A stretch of 64,000 nucleotides of DNA from Bdellovibrionota bacterium (GTDB lineage Bacteria; Bdellovibrionota_C; UBA2361; OMII01): the NCBI GenBank assembly GCA_044356215.1, contig JBIKWQ010000004.1, positions 3,748 through 67,747 of the forward strand. The letters run 5' to 3'. Below the pieces are notes generated by a model that saw only the letters and a list, made by a program, of their open reading frames with translations, ran no database searches and was not told the DNA's origin. The translations under genes were made by a program, and so were the position numbers. This document shows positions 24,005-33,282 of the stretch, in pieces. Each line of letters begins with the position of its first letter. Positions within the stretch are counted from its first letter, which is position 1.

Positions 24005-24412
24005 ATGGCAACGCAAGGTAAGAAGATAGCAAAGACAGCTAGAGCAAAGAGGAAGTTAAGAATTCGCCAGAAGGTCGAGGGCAGCGCCCAGAAGCCTCGC
24101 TTGAGCATTTTCCGCAGTTCGAAGCACACCTATGCACAGGTGATCGCGGATGATGGTCACAAGACATTAGCGAGCGCCTCAACCCTAGATAAGGATGTGC
24201 AGGCTAAGGTGGCCAGTCTCGTTAAGGGGCAAGATGGAGCTAAGGGCAGCACAAAGTCCGTTAGCGCGGCGCGCGCGGTGGGAATGGTGCTAGCGGAGCG
24301 CGCTAAAGCGGCTCAGGTATCTCAGGTTGTATTCGATCGCAATGGTTTCCTTTACGCGGGACGTGTTAAGGCGCTTGCTGATGGGGCTCGTGAGGGTGGT
24401 TTGAATTTTTAA
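24005..24412 (+). CDS. rplR: 50S ribosomal protein L18
   Basis: [11 protein letters not shown] signature. Confidence 0.93.
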   Translation: MATQGKKIAKTARAKRKLRIRQKVEGSAQKPRLSIFRSSKHTYAQVIADDGHKTLASASTLDKDVQAKVASLVKGQDGAKGSTKSVSAARAVGMVLAERAKAAQVSQVVFDRNGFLYAGRVKALADGAREGGLNF

Positions 24413-24422
24413 TCGGTGGTGT

Positions 24423-24959
24423 ATGGCTTTTAAGAAGAAACTCGATGATCGTAGGGTAACCGTAGAGCAGTGCGGTGAGCTCACTGATAAGACCGTTGGT
24501 ATCAACCGTGTCGCTAAGGTTAGTAAGGGTGGTCGCCGATTCAGCTTCAGCGCACTCGTTGTTACAGGCGATGGACGTGGACATATCGGCTTCGGTCTTG
24601 GCAAATCGGTTGAGGTGCCAGACGCTATTCGTAAGGCATCAGAGCAGGCTCGTAAGCGCTTAGTGAAGATTCCTCTAAAGGGAACAACGATACCACACGA
24701 CATCGTCGGCAAGTCTGGTCCAACGACTGTCATCCTAAAGCCTGGTTCTCCAGGAACTGGAGTTATCGCGGGAGCTGCGGTGCGCGCGGTAATGGATGCT
24801 TGTGGTATTAAGGACATCCGTACCAAGTGCATCGGGTCAAGCACGGCTCAAAACGTTTTGAGAGCTACTATCGCTGGATTACTCGGACTAGAAGAGCCTG
24901 AGGTAGTTGCAGCGGTGCGTGGACTCAAGCTTGAGGATATGGGATATCGTCCTTTCTAA
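24423..24959 (+). CDS. rpsE: 30S ribosomal protein S5
   Basis: INRVAKVSKGGRRFSFSALVVTGD signature. Confidence 0.95.
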   Translation: MAFKKKLDDRRVTVEQCGELTDKTVGINRVAKVSKGGRRFSFSALVVTGDGRGHIGFGLGKSVEVPDAIRKASEQARKRLVKIPLKGTTIPHDIVGKSGPTTVILKPGSPGTGVIAGAAVRAVMDACGIKDIRTKCIGSSTAQNVLRATIAGLLGLEEPEVVAAVRGLKLEDMGYRPF

Positions 24960-24983
24960 TCAGAGAGAGAGTGAGAAGTAGGT

Positions 24984-25172
24984 TTGATTATGAGCAAGGT
25001 AAGAGTAAAGCAGCTAAGAAGTAAGATCGGTCGTAATCCTGCGACAGTCAGAACGCTCAAGGCTTTAGGCCTCGGGTCGATCGGTAAGGAGAAGGAGTTA
25101 GCGCTCAATCCAAGTGTCCAGGGTATGATTGACTCTGTTAAGCACCTTGTTGAGGTAACTCCGGTTAAGTAA
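24984..25172 (+). CDS. rpmD: 50S ribosomal protein L30
   Basis: 62-aa protein, canonical position. Confidence 0.85.
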   Translation: MIMSKVRVKQLRSKIGRNPATVRTLKALGLGSIGKEKELALNPSVQGMIDSVKHLVEVTPVK

Positions 25173-25189
25173 TTGCGATTTGCGTGTAG

Positions 25190-25684
25190 TTGGTGAGGTC
25201 GGTTATGGCCAGTAAGAATGTTTTAACTTTGAATACTTTAAAGCCGATGCCTGGGGCGCGTAAGCCGCGCACCAGAGTAGGGCGCGGAGAGGGATCCGGT
25301 CACGGAAAGACCTCTGGTAAGGGCGGTAAGGGCCAGACGGCTCGTTCCGGTGGTAAGATTCGCCCAGGATTTGAGGGAGGTCAGATGCCTCTTTACAGGC
25401 GTCTCCCTAAGGTTGGATTCACATCTCGCACTGAGGTTCGTGGTAAGAACGTTTACTCGATCGTGCGCTTGTCAGTTCTCGAGCGTCTCGATAACGGAGC
25501 AACTGTAGATGTAGCTAAGATTCAGTCGCTAGGATACGCCAAGAAGAGCTCTGAGCGCGCGGGCGTAAAGGTTCTCTCAGATGTTGAGAAGCTGACCAAG
25601 AAGTTACACGTTAAGGTTAACGCCATATCGGCTCAAGCGCGCGCTCAAGTAGAGGCGGCTGGTGGCACGGTGGAGTTAGTGTAA
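25190..25684 (+). CDS. rplO: 50S ribosomal protein L15
   Basis: Gly-rich N-terminus RVGRGEGSGHGKTSGKGGKGQ; true start may be ATG 25205. Confidence 0.93.
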   Translation: MVRSVMASKNVLTLNTLKPMPGARKPRTRVGRGEGSGHGKTSGKGGKGQTARSGGKIRPGFEGGQMPLYRRLPKVGFTSRTEVRGKNVYSIVRLSVLERLDNGATVDVAKIQSLGYAKKSSERAGVKVLSDVEKLTKKLHVKVNAISAQARAQVEAAGGTVELV

Positions 25685-25712
25685 GGTAGCTATATTAGTT
25701 GCTGATTATGCG

Positions 25713-25761
25713 CGGACCGCGCCGATCTGCTTTTGTCAGGTTGGGCGGTCCGTAGTTTTTT
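25713..25761 (+). terminator. Putative Rho-independent terminator after rplO
   Basis: 8-bp stem CGGACCGC/GCGGTCCG with a long loop, followed by TTTTTT. Confidence 0.4.
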
Positions 25762-25868
25762 AAGCTGATTTTTGACCTCAAGTATCTGAAGATCACTGTG
25801 CGAAAGGGCTGTTTAAACGTATAGTGCCGATCGGGAATTTTAAGGGTTTAATTTATCAAAGGTATCGC

Positions 25869-27203
25869 ATGAATGGCTTGTTAGCGCTTTTCCAGATTCC
25901 GGAGCTAAAGAAGCGGCTTCTCTTTACTATTGGGATGCTCGCTGTGTATCGCTTCGGCGTGTTTGTTTCTACACCTGGTGTTGACGTGGATAAGATCCGC
26001 CAGATGTTTGAGTCAAACGCTAATACGCTTTTTGGCCTTATAAACCTGTTCTCGGGAGGAGCTCTTGAGCAGTTCTCGATCTTTACCCTCGGTATCTCGC
26101 CTTACATTACTGTCTCAATTATCATTCAACTTTTAACACCAAGCTTCCCGCATCTGGAGAATTTAAAGAAAGAGGGAGATGCTGGTCGTCGTGTAATCAC
26201 CAGGTATACCCGTCAGGGAACTATTCTTCTCGCGCTTTTCCAGAGTTTTATGATCGCGCGGGCGCTGGAAGCCAAAGGACTCGCTACTCCAAGTTTAAGC
26301 TTTGAGCTGGTGACTATGATCACGCTGACAGCAGGAACAGCCTTTGTAATGTGGCTCGGTGAGCAGATTACTGAGCGCGGATTAGGAAATGGAACTAGCC
26401 TGATTATATTCGCCGGTATCGCCGCGCGCATGCCTTCTGTGTTTGGTTCAACTGTTGAGCTCGCACGCACAGGTGAGGTCTCGCCATTCACGATTATCGC
26501 GCTGATTCTCTTCTCGCTCTTCTCAATTTACGCAATTGTGTACGTTGAGCGCGCTCACCGAAAGATCCCAGTCCAGTATCCGAGGCGTATGGTCGGTAAG
26601 CGGATGACACAGGCGCAGACTCAGTACATGCCTCTTAAGTTAAATATGACTGGAGTTATCCCACCGATCTTCGCGTCAGCGATATTGATGGTTCCAGCTA
26701 CTTTGGTGACTGTTCTTCCAGGGGCAGATCTCTCGGCTTTTGGTAAGTTCTTCACTCCGGGTTCTTGGGGATACGAGAGCATCTATGTCGCTTTGATCGT
26801 GCTATTTAGTTTCTTCTACACAGCGGTTGTGTTTAATCCAACTGAGGTGGCTGATAACTTAAAGAAGAACGGTGGATTTATTCCGCTAGTGCGACCGGGT
26901 TCAGAGACTGCGGATTATCTCTACGGGGTTCTTACAAGACTGACACTCTGGGGCGCAATCTACATCTCTCTAGTTTGTGTATTGCCTCAGGTGATTTACT
27001 TACAGATGGGAGCTTCGCAGTTCGCTTACGTCTTTGGCGGTACAGCTGTGCTGATCGTTGTTGGAGTTACTTTAGATACGGCTTCTCAGATCGAGTCGAT
27101 GTTGGTCGCCCGCAACTACGAGGCGTTTATGTCCAAAAACTCCAAAGTGCGTGGTGGTGCTGGCTCAGCTAGTTACACACGTAACAGATTAGTTCGTCGA
27201 TAG
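25869..27203 (+). CDS. secY: preprotein translocase subunit SecY
   Basis: 10-TM protein with SecY signatures; start at internal ATG 25869 (MNGLLALFQ); the six-frame ORF begins at 25824. Confidence 0.93.
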   Translation: MNGLLALFQIPELKKRLLFTIGMLAVYRFGVFVSTPGVDVDKIRQMFESNANTLFGLINLFSGGALEQFSIFTLGISPYITVSIIIQLLTPSFPHLENLKKEGDAGRRVITRYTRQGTILLALFQSFMIARALEAKGLATPSLSFELVTMITLTAGTAFVMWLGEQITERGLGNGTSLIIFAGIAARMPSVFGSTVELARTGEVSPFTIIALILFSLFSIYAIVYVERAHRKIPVQYPRRMVGKRMTQAQTQYMPLKLNMTGVIPPIFASAILMVPATLVTVLPGADLSAFGKFFTPGSWGYESIYVALIVLFSFFYTAVVFNPTEVADNLKKNGGFIPLVRPGSETADYLYGVLTRLTLWGAIYISLVCVLPQVIYLQMGASQFAYVFGGTAVLIVVGVTLDTASQIESMLVARNYEAFMSKNSKVRGGAGSASYTRNRLVRR

Positions 27204-27244
27204 TCTCAGTCGTTTAATCCGGTCGGTAAATCACGGAGGAAGAT

Positions 27245-27817
27245 ATGCGGATCGTTCTTTTAGGACCACCAGGAGCGGGAAAGGGCACACAGGCTCTTCT
27301 TATTACCAAGAAGTACGCCATTCCACACATCTCAACGGGAGAGATCTTGCGTGAGCAGGTGGCGCTTCAGTCACCGCTAGGGTTAAAGGTGAAGGCTACC
27401 TTGGATGCTGGAGAGCTGGTAACTGATGATCTGATTATGGCGATCATTAAGGACAGGCTAGAGCGTCCTGATTGCGCTAAGGGCTTTCTACTCGATGGCA
27501 TTCCTCGCACTATCAATCAATCAGAGATGCTGGATGCTATCTTGGCTAGGGCCGCTACGCCTCTTACTCATGTGGTTCAGATTACTGTTCCGCAGCAGGT
27601 TATCATGGATCGGATCAAGAGCCGTGGTGTTGCCAGCCAAGGCGGCAGGTCAGATGATTCAGCGGAGGTTGCCGCTCATAGGTATCAGGTATATCTGACT
27701 CAAACAGCGCCGCTGGCGGCTTTTTATAGGGACCAGGATTGCCTCCGTCAGGTAGATGGTGTTGGAACGGTGGATGAGGTGTTTGAGCGCGTTTGCCGTG
27801 TGCTTGAGGGGGATTAA
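27245..27817 (+). CDS. adk: adenylate kinase (short-lid form)
   Basis: P-loop GPPGAGKGTQ; 190 aa; canonical position after secY. Confidence 0.93.
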   Translation: MRIVLLGPPGAGKGTQALLITKKYAIPHISTGEILREQVALQSPLGLKVKATLDAGELVTDDLIMAIIKDRLERPDCAKGFLLDGIPRTINQSEMLDAILARAATPLTHVVQITVPQQVIMDRIKSRGVASQGGRSDDSAEVAAHRYQVYLTQTAPLAAFYRDQDCLRQVDGVGTVDEVFERVCRVLEGD

Positions 27818-27820
27818 AGG

Positions 27821-28924
27821 GTGATTGCCCGAGCTTGGCTTGTATCGCGCACGTTGTGGCCACTATTGCTCTCGTTGCTCTCTTTCGCGACTTTTGTCTT
27901 GTCTGAGGTTTCGGCGGAAACTCCCCGAATTACTGTTGGTCTAGCTCTGCCTTTAAGTGGCGAAATGTCGAGATATGGGCTCGATATCCAGCGAGGAGCT
28001 CAGATGGCAAAGGAGGAGCTAGCCAAGAAGGGGATCGAGGTAGTGCTTATCTCGGAGGATACCCAGCTAATTCCGCGGATGGCGGCTACCGCGGCGCAAA
28101 AGTTAATTAATAGCGACCACGTTGATGTAGTTGTTAGCCTCTGGGATACGGCCGAGGCCGTGGCCCCAATCGCTGAGCAGCGGAGAACTCCTCATGTCAG
28201 TATTCGCTGGAATCACCGTGTAGCGGAGGAGTTTCCGCACACATTTACCTTCGAGAGTTCTTATGTAACCTGGATCCGAGCAACGCTGGATTTTCTTCGT
28301 TCAAAAGGGGTAAGGCGTCTGGCGTTGATGACTGATGAGTCCGGGGCCGGATGGGTGTTTGGGCGCGAGTATCTTCTTCAGGTAGTAGCGGATTATGGAA
28401 TTGAATTGACTACCGATCAGCGTTTTATGGGCTCGACTGGGGATTTGAATTTAACGATTTCAAAGCTTCTTGCGAGGCCCAGTGACTATATCTTGATGCT
28501 TCATTTCGGGGCGCCTCTAGTTGAAACCATGCGGCGTTTGTCTGAGAGGAAGATAGCTACTCCGATAATCGGCTACTTTGATGGAATGGAGCCGCCTATT
28601 AATGTAGAGGGGAGGTCCTTTGTCGCTCAGTTTGATACGCAGTCGTGGTTCGCTGAACGTTTCACTGCGAGGTTTCCAGGGGAGAGACCGATAAGGGCGG
28701 CTTTCGGGTATGATCTGATATCGATCCTAGGGCAGATTGTCGAGAAAATTAATAGGACACCAACTGAAGCTGAGATCTTAACGCACCTTAACGGAGTGCG
28801 TGATTACCCCGGGGCGACCGGACTGATCTCGTCAAATCAGTCTAGAGCGATTGAGACTACCTGTGTTCTTAAAGAATTTAGGAATGGTGTTGCGGTTAAG
28901 ATAGGGGAGGCTAATTCGCGGTAG
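27821..28924 (+). CDS. periplasmic binding protein (type I PBP, Leu/Ile/Val-binding-like ABC transporter substrate-binding protein)
   Basis: Signal peptide followed by PBP1-fold-like sequence; begins 3 nt after the adk stop (GTG). Confidence 0.6.
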   Translation: MIARAWLVSRTLWPLLLSLLSFATFVLSEVSAETPRITVGLALPLSGEMSRYGLDIQRGAQMAKEELAKKGIEVVLISEDTQLIPRMAATAAQKLINSDHVDVVVSLWDTAEAVAPIAEQRRTPHVSIRWNHRVAEEFPHTFTFESSYVTWIRATLDFLRSKGVRRLALMTDESGAGWVFGREYLLQVVADYGIELTTDQRFMGSTGDLNLTISKLLARPSDYILMLHFGAPLVETMRRLSERKIATPIIGYFDGMEPPINVEGRSFVAQFDTQSWFAERFTARFPGERPIRAAFGYDLISILGQIVEKINRTPTEAEILTHLNGVRDYPGATGLISSNQSRAIETTCVLKEFRNGVAVKIGEANSR

Positions 28925-28953
28925 ACTGTGATTTCTCAGATGTTATCAACGCT

Positions 28954-30318
28954 GTGCTACAAACTAACGCCTGTATTTCTATGACCCCAACTACCATAGT
29001 GATTATCGGAGGAGGCTGCAGCGGTACTCTAGCCGCCATACAGATTATGCGGCGAGTCAATCATCCTGCGCTCGACGTTATTCTGGTTGAGCGCGCACCT
29101 GCCGCCGCCAGGGGGCTCGCGTATGACGCGCCGAGTGATCGCTGTAAATTAAACGTGCCAGCGCGAGGCATGTCGGCTTTCCCTGATGAGCAAGACAGTT
29201 TTCTTGAATGGATGCGGGGTCACGATCCATCGGTCACTGGGGATGAGTTTATTTCAAGGAGAGTCTATGGCTCTTATCTTCAGGATCTATTGAGACTCCA
29301 TGCAACCAATCAAAACGGAGCGTCTCTCCGCGTTATTTCAGATGAGGTGATAGATCTTCTTTTCCGGGCGGATACAAATAAGTGGGATGTCGTTCTTAAA
29401 GATAGGCCCGCTCTTAGCGCTGATTACTGCGTGCTTGCTCTGGGCAACTTGCGGCGAGTTAGCTTTTGCGGCGTTGAAGTGGCGTCCACTTTTTATGATC
29501 CTTACAAGCGTGGAACATACGAGTCATTATCCCGAGCGGATAGTCTATTGATTTTAGGAAGTGGTCTTACAGCGGTGGATAGCGTTATTGAAGCCGAGGG
29601 GAGTGGTTTCCGAGGTTCTTATACGATGCTGTCACGACATGGGCGAATACCGCTTCCGCACGAGCCTCCTGGTGATTCTCAGTCTTCGCGGCAGCTACCT
29701 TCCCCTGAGTCGCTAGCTGGTTTATCTCTTCGCTCGCTCACGAAACTTGTGGTGTCACTGGCACGCGAGCAGGGATCGTCCCAAGGATTAATAGTCGCCC
29801 TACGTCCATATCTGCAGGAGATATGGCGCAGATTTTCGGATGTTGATAAGAAGCGTTTTTTGCGTCATGTGCGGCCGATCTGGGAGATCCACAGACATCG
29901 AATCCCTAAATCGCATTACGATTTATTAGAGGCACTTAAGAGAGATGGCCGACTGACAGTGTTAGCGGGCCACTTAAAGCAGATTCAACGCGACTCAAAC
30001 GGCGCTCATGTTAAGATAGAAACCCGTGACGCTTTTCTGGAACGCTCGTTTGGTGGGGCGATCCTCTGTGCTGGTCCTGAGGGAGATCTAAACAGGGTAG
30101 GAGATCAACTTGTTAAGAATATCCTGAAACGTGGCGTAATCAAAATGGGCCCCCTCGGTCTTGGCGGAGAGATCGTGGAGGACGCGCCTGGGAGCTCGCG
30201 GTTATTTATGATTGGACCTCTTCAGCGCGAATCGCTCTGGGAGATAACAGCAGTTCGCGAAATACGTGAGGAGGTTGTTAAGTTGGCAGATAGCTTGGCT
30301 ATCAACACCGGTGAGTAG
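28954..30318 (+). CDS. FAD/NAD(P)-binding oxidoreductase (YdhS-like FAD-NAD(P)-binding family)
   Basis: N-terminal Rossmann motif IVIIGGGCSG and a second GSGLTAVD dinucleotide motif; likely start ATG 28981. Confidence 0.6.
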   Translation: MLQTNACISMTPTTIVIIGGGCSGTLAAIQIMRRVNHPALDVILVERAPAAARGLAYDAPSDRCKLNVPARGMSAFPDEQDSFLEWMRGHDPSVTGDEFISRRVYGSYLQDLLRLHATNQNGASLRVISDEVIDLLFRADTNKWDVVLKDRPALSADYCVLALGNLRRVSFCGVEVASTFYDPYKRGTYESLSRADSLLILGSGLTAVDSVIEAEGSGFRGSYTMLSRHGRIPLPHEPPGDSQSSRQLPSPESLAGLSLRSLTKLVVSLAREQGSSQGLIVALRPYLQEIWRRFSDVDKKRFLRHVRPIWEIHRHRIPKSHYDLLEALKRDGRLTVLAGHLKQIQRDSNGAHVKIETRDAFLERSFGGAILCAGPEGDLNRVGDQLVKNILKRGVIKMGPLGLGGEIVEDAPGSSRLFMIGPLQRESLWEITAVREIREEVVKLADSLAINTGE

Positions 30319-30328
30319 TTAGGCTATC

Positions 30329-30457
30329 TTCTGTTTAAAGCTTGGACCACGGCTTGGTAGGTGTATCACCGCTCTGTGCCGCCGCGCCCTGAACAGCGAC
30401 AAATAAGCCGATTCCCGAGCACACATATCTGATTAAGTTCCTAGTGAAAGATTTCAT
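30329..30457 (-). CDS. possible small (42-aa) hydrophobic peptide MKSFTRNLIRYVCSGIGLFVAVQGAAAQSGDTPTKPFKQKIA
   Basis: ATG preceded by GGAGAG at 7-nt spacing; lies in an otherwise non-coding 460-bp gap; below the ORF-track length cutoff. Confidence 0.25.
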
Positions 30458-30779
30458 GGATTAACTCTCCTTCTGTAGCTTTTTGATGACTGCAAGCCCC
30501 TCATAGCTAGGGTCGGATGGTTTCTGAGAAAACTTTAAGCCTTTTTTGTAGCGAGCTTAAAAATATTTCTTAACTAGTCACCGGATTCTTTGGATCGTTG
30601 CAGTCATAACATCGCTTCTCTAGGCGGTCGTTTCTGGCTCTTATATCGGGAATTTTATTGATAACTAGCTGATTTCAATGGTGGTCTGCGTGAAGCTTAG
30701 CGGTCGAATCTGTGATACTCTCTCGAGGCTATCAGCGAACAGCGATTAGTTCGGAAGAGCGGAAGTTTGGAGAGGAAGT

Positions 30780-31877
30780 ATGGCTAGTTTTGGTGGACCT
30801 AGGAGACCAGACGGTGGCTTAGCGCCAAAGGGGGATCAACCTGGGCAACATTCCACTGGCGCATCCCGGCAATCCCAGATCAATAGTACAGGTACTGGTA
30901 AGAAATCAGATCGTCCTGACGTCGATAGTAGCACTGATACCAATCCACCACCTCGTTCAGAAGTATCGATAGTTCGGGCGTTATTCGGCCCAGCGTTTGC
31001 GATAGGGGCAGGAAATACACTCTACATCGCGCAATTCGGTAATCATGTCCTAACTTTGGTTTATGCGTGACTTGCTGCTTTGTCATTCCTTAACTCGGCA
31101 AAGCCGGGATTCGTTAGTGGCATTTTGAGTGGAGGAATTAATAATGATCCACTAGAGGCCGAAAAAAAGCTGAGTGGTTTTAGTGGATTCATCAAGGAGA
31201 AGGTCTCGCGACCAGGAGTATGCTTAGCCGCTAACGGTGTAGCTTATGCGGTGACAGCTTTAGGTTATTTAGGATGGTTAGCGGCAGGTGGGCGGGATTT
31301 TGGTTTCACGGCGAATGATGTGGTTCAGATATTAGTCTGCGGCTTTTCGGCGGTTGGAGAGTTCGCTGGAGCAGCTCTTTGCAACAAAAACGCTTTGCAG
31401 CTAAACCGAGAGCCGTGGGGTCTTGAGAAAATCGCCACAACGATCTGGTCGAAGATACCGACTGGCGTGCGCGCGTTTTTAAGTGATCCGGGGGCTATAT
31501 TCTCTAACGTTAATGCGGTGCTCTACGGATGGACTTTCTACAAAGCCGGAGCTCTTTCAAGTGCCGTCTCGGGCTCTCAGTTGGCCTTAACCGCGGCGGG
31601 CAGTAGCTTTACGTTATTGGGAGCGTTCTTCGGAATATGTTCTGTCTTTTATGGTGCTGGCAAATGGGGCAAACCGTTACCAGTAACATTTAATAGCATC
31701 GGTAACTTCTTCAGTGGAGCGGCGATGATCTCGTTGGGGGTAGCGAGCGCTTCGCTAGTCCCAACGTTAATCGGCGCCGCGTCATTACTCTGGGCCTGGG
31801 GAAACGGATGTTATTCGGTAAATTCGATTCGTGAGACTTTTTTTACTAGTAAGCAAAACTCGCCTACACCTCAATAA
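30780..31877 (+). pseudogene. Gly/Ala-rich membrane protein gene interrupted by an in-frame TGA at 31068-31070 (ORFs 30780-31070 and 31080-31877 share one frame)
   Basis: Both ORFs are in the same frame and separated only by TGA plus 9 nt; hydrophobic segment continues across the stop; the second ORF has only a TTG start with no RBS; strong RBS GGAGAGG before 30780. Confidence 0.5.
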
Positions 31878-33246
31878 GCTCACCATAGCCAGGCACCAAT
31901 GTATTCCACCCAAGCTCACGCCCTAGAGTGGCGCTGAAGCTCTTGGCACTATCAGGCTCGCCGTGAACAACAGCGACCTTGCCTGGCGTTCCAATGCACG
32001 AACGACACCACCTAATCAGCTCATTCTTATCGGCGTGAGCACTAAACCCGCTCATCTCTTGAATCTCGGCGCGTACTGGAACTTCTTCGCCAAAGAGCGT
32101 CATCGTAGTATTGCCGCGCTTAAGCCAATCACCACGCGATCCAGGGGGTTGAAATCCGACGAACAGGATCGTGTTGCGATCATCTGATACGCGGTGCTTC
32201 AGATGGTGTAAGATACGACCACCTGTAAGCATTCCACTCGCTGATATAATCACTATCGGCTCGTGTATCGAGTTAAGCTTAATCGACTCGGCGCGCTCAC
32301 GGGTAAAATACATCTTGGGAACCTGGAAAGGTTGAAATCCTTTTTTTAGGAGAGCAAGCGCGGCGGCGTCGTACTCGTTTGTGTGTCCCTGGTAGATCGA
32401 TGTGGCATCTCGCGCCATCGGGCTGTCTATAATTACAGGTATGTCAGGGATACGCTTCGCTGCCTTTAGCTCCCTTAAATAGTAGAGGATCGTTTGCGTA
32501 CGACCAACGGCAAAGCTAGGGATGACTACCGCTCCGCCGCGTTTACTGGTGCGGTTGATGATGTTCGCTAAGCGTTCGTGTGGGTCAACCTCTGTGTCAT
32601 GAAGTCTGTCGCCATAGGTTGACTCAATCAGAAGTAGATCTCCTAAGGTCGCTGGCTGAGGATCAACAAGAATAGGTTGGTCGTAACGACCGATATCACC
32701 AGAGAAGACGATACGTTTATTGCCAATAGTTAAAGCGATAGAGCACGCTCCTACGATGTGGCCCATCAGCGACCATTCAGCGAAGACCCCTGGCAGAACT
32801 TCAATTTTGGTATTAATTGGAGTCGGCTTGAGAAGGGTTAAAGCTGATTTGGCCTGCTCTTCCGTGTAAAGAGGTAGGGGAGGTGAGTGACGAGAGCTTT
32901 TGTGCTCGGATCTAAAAGACGCCTCCTCTTCTTGAAGTCTGGCGCTATCTAAAAGAAGGAGTCTGGTTAAATCCGCTGTCGCTGGAGAACACCAGACCGG
33001 CGCCTTTAGTCCTAGAGCGTGATAACGGGGCAGTATACCAGTGTGATCGATGTGAGCGTGTGTTAGAAGCCCCGCGTTTATCGCGCCTAAGTCGATCTCT
33101 GGGGGCGCCCAGTTCTTTTCTCGCCATGAGCGTTCCCCTTGGAACATCCCGCAGTCGATTAGGATTTGGTGAGTGCCGTTTGATACCAGATATTTAGAAC
33201 CGGTGACTGTACCGGCGGCGCCTAGGAAGCGGATGGTTAGTGGCAT
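31864..33246 (-). CDS. MBL-fold metallo-hydrolase of the beta-CASP RNA-metabolising family
   Basis: HxHxDH motif (THAHIDHTG) and beta-CASP C-terminal histidine motifs; 460 aa. Confidence 0.8.
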   Translation of the reverse strand: MPLTIRFLGAAGTVTGSKYLVSNGTHQILIDCGMFQGERSWREKNWAPPEIDLGAINAGLLTHAHIDHTGILPRYHALGLKAPVWCSPATADLTRLLLLDSARLQEEEASFRSEHKSSRHSPPLPLYTEEQAKSALTLLKPTPINTKIEVLPGVFAEWSLMGHIVGACSIALTIGNKRIVFSGDIGRYDQPILVDPQPATLGDLLLIESTYGDRLHDTEVDPHERLANIINRTSKRGGAVVIPSFAVGRTQTILYYLRELKAAKRIPDIPVIIDSPMARDATSIYQGHTNEYDAAALALLKKGFQPFQVPKMYFTRERAESIKLNSIHEPIVIISASGMLTGGRILHHLKHRVSDDRNTILFVGFQPPGSRGDWLKRGNTTMTLFGEEVPVRAEIQEMSGFSAHADKNELIRWCRSCIGTPGKVAVVHGEPDSAKSFSATLGRELGWNTLVPGYGELIEV

Positions 33247-33282
33247 AGTGACTCCTTAAAATAGACTGGGCTAGACAGTGAA

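Noticed and set aside
31068-31110. Selenocysteine recoding of the in-frame TGA in the 30780-31877 gene
   Set aside because: Only a weak 5-6-bp hairpin ~25 nt downstream, no Cys-rich or redox motif context; nonsense mutation or error is more parsimonious. Kept as an open alternative in findings.
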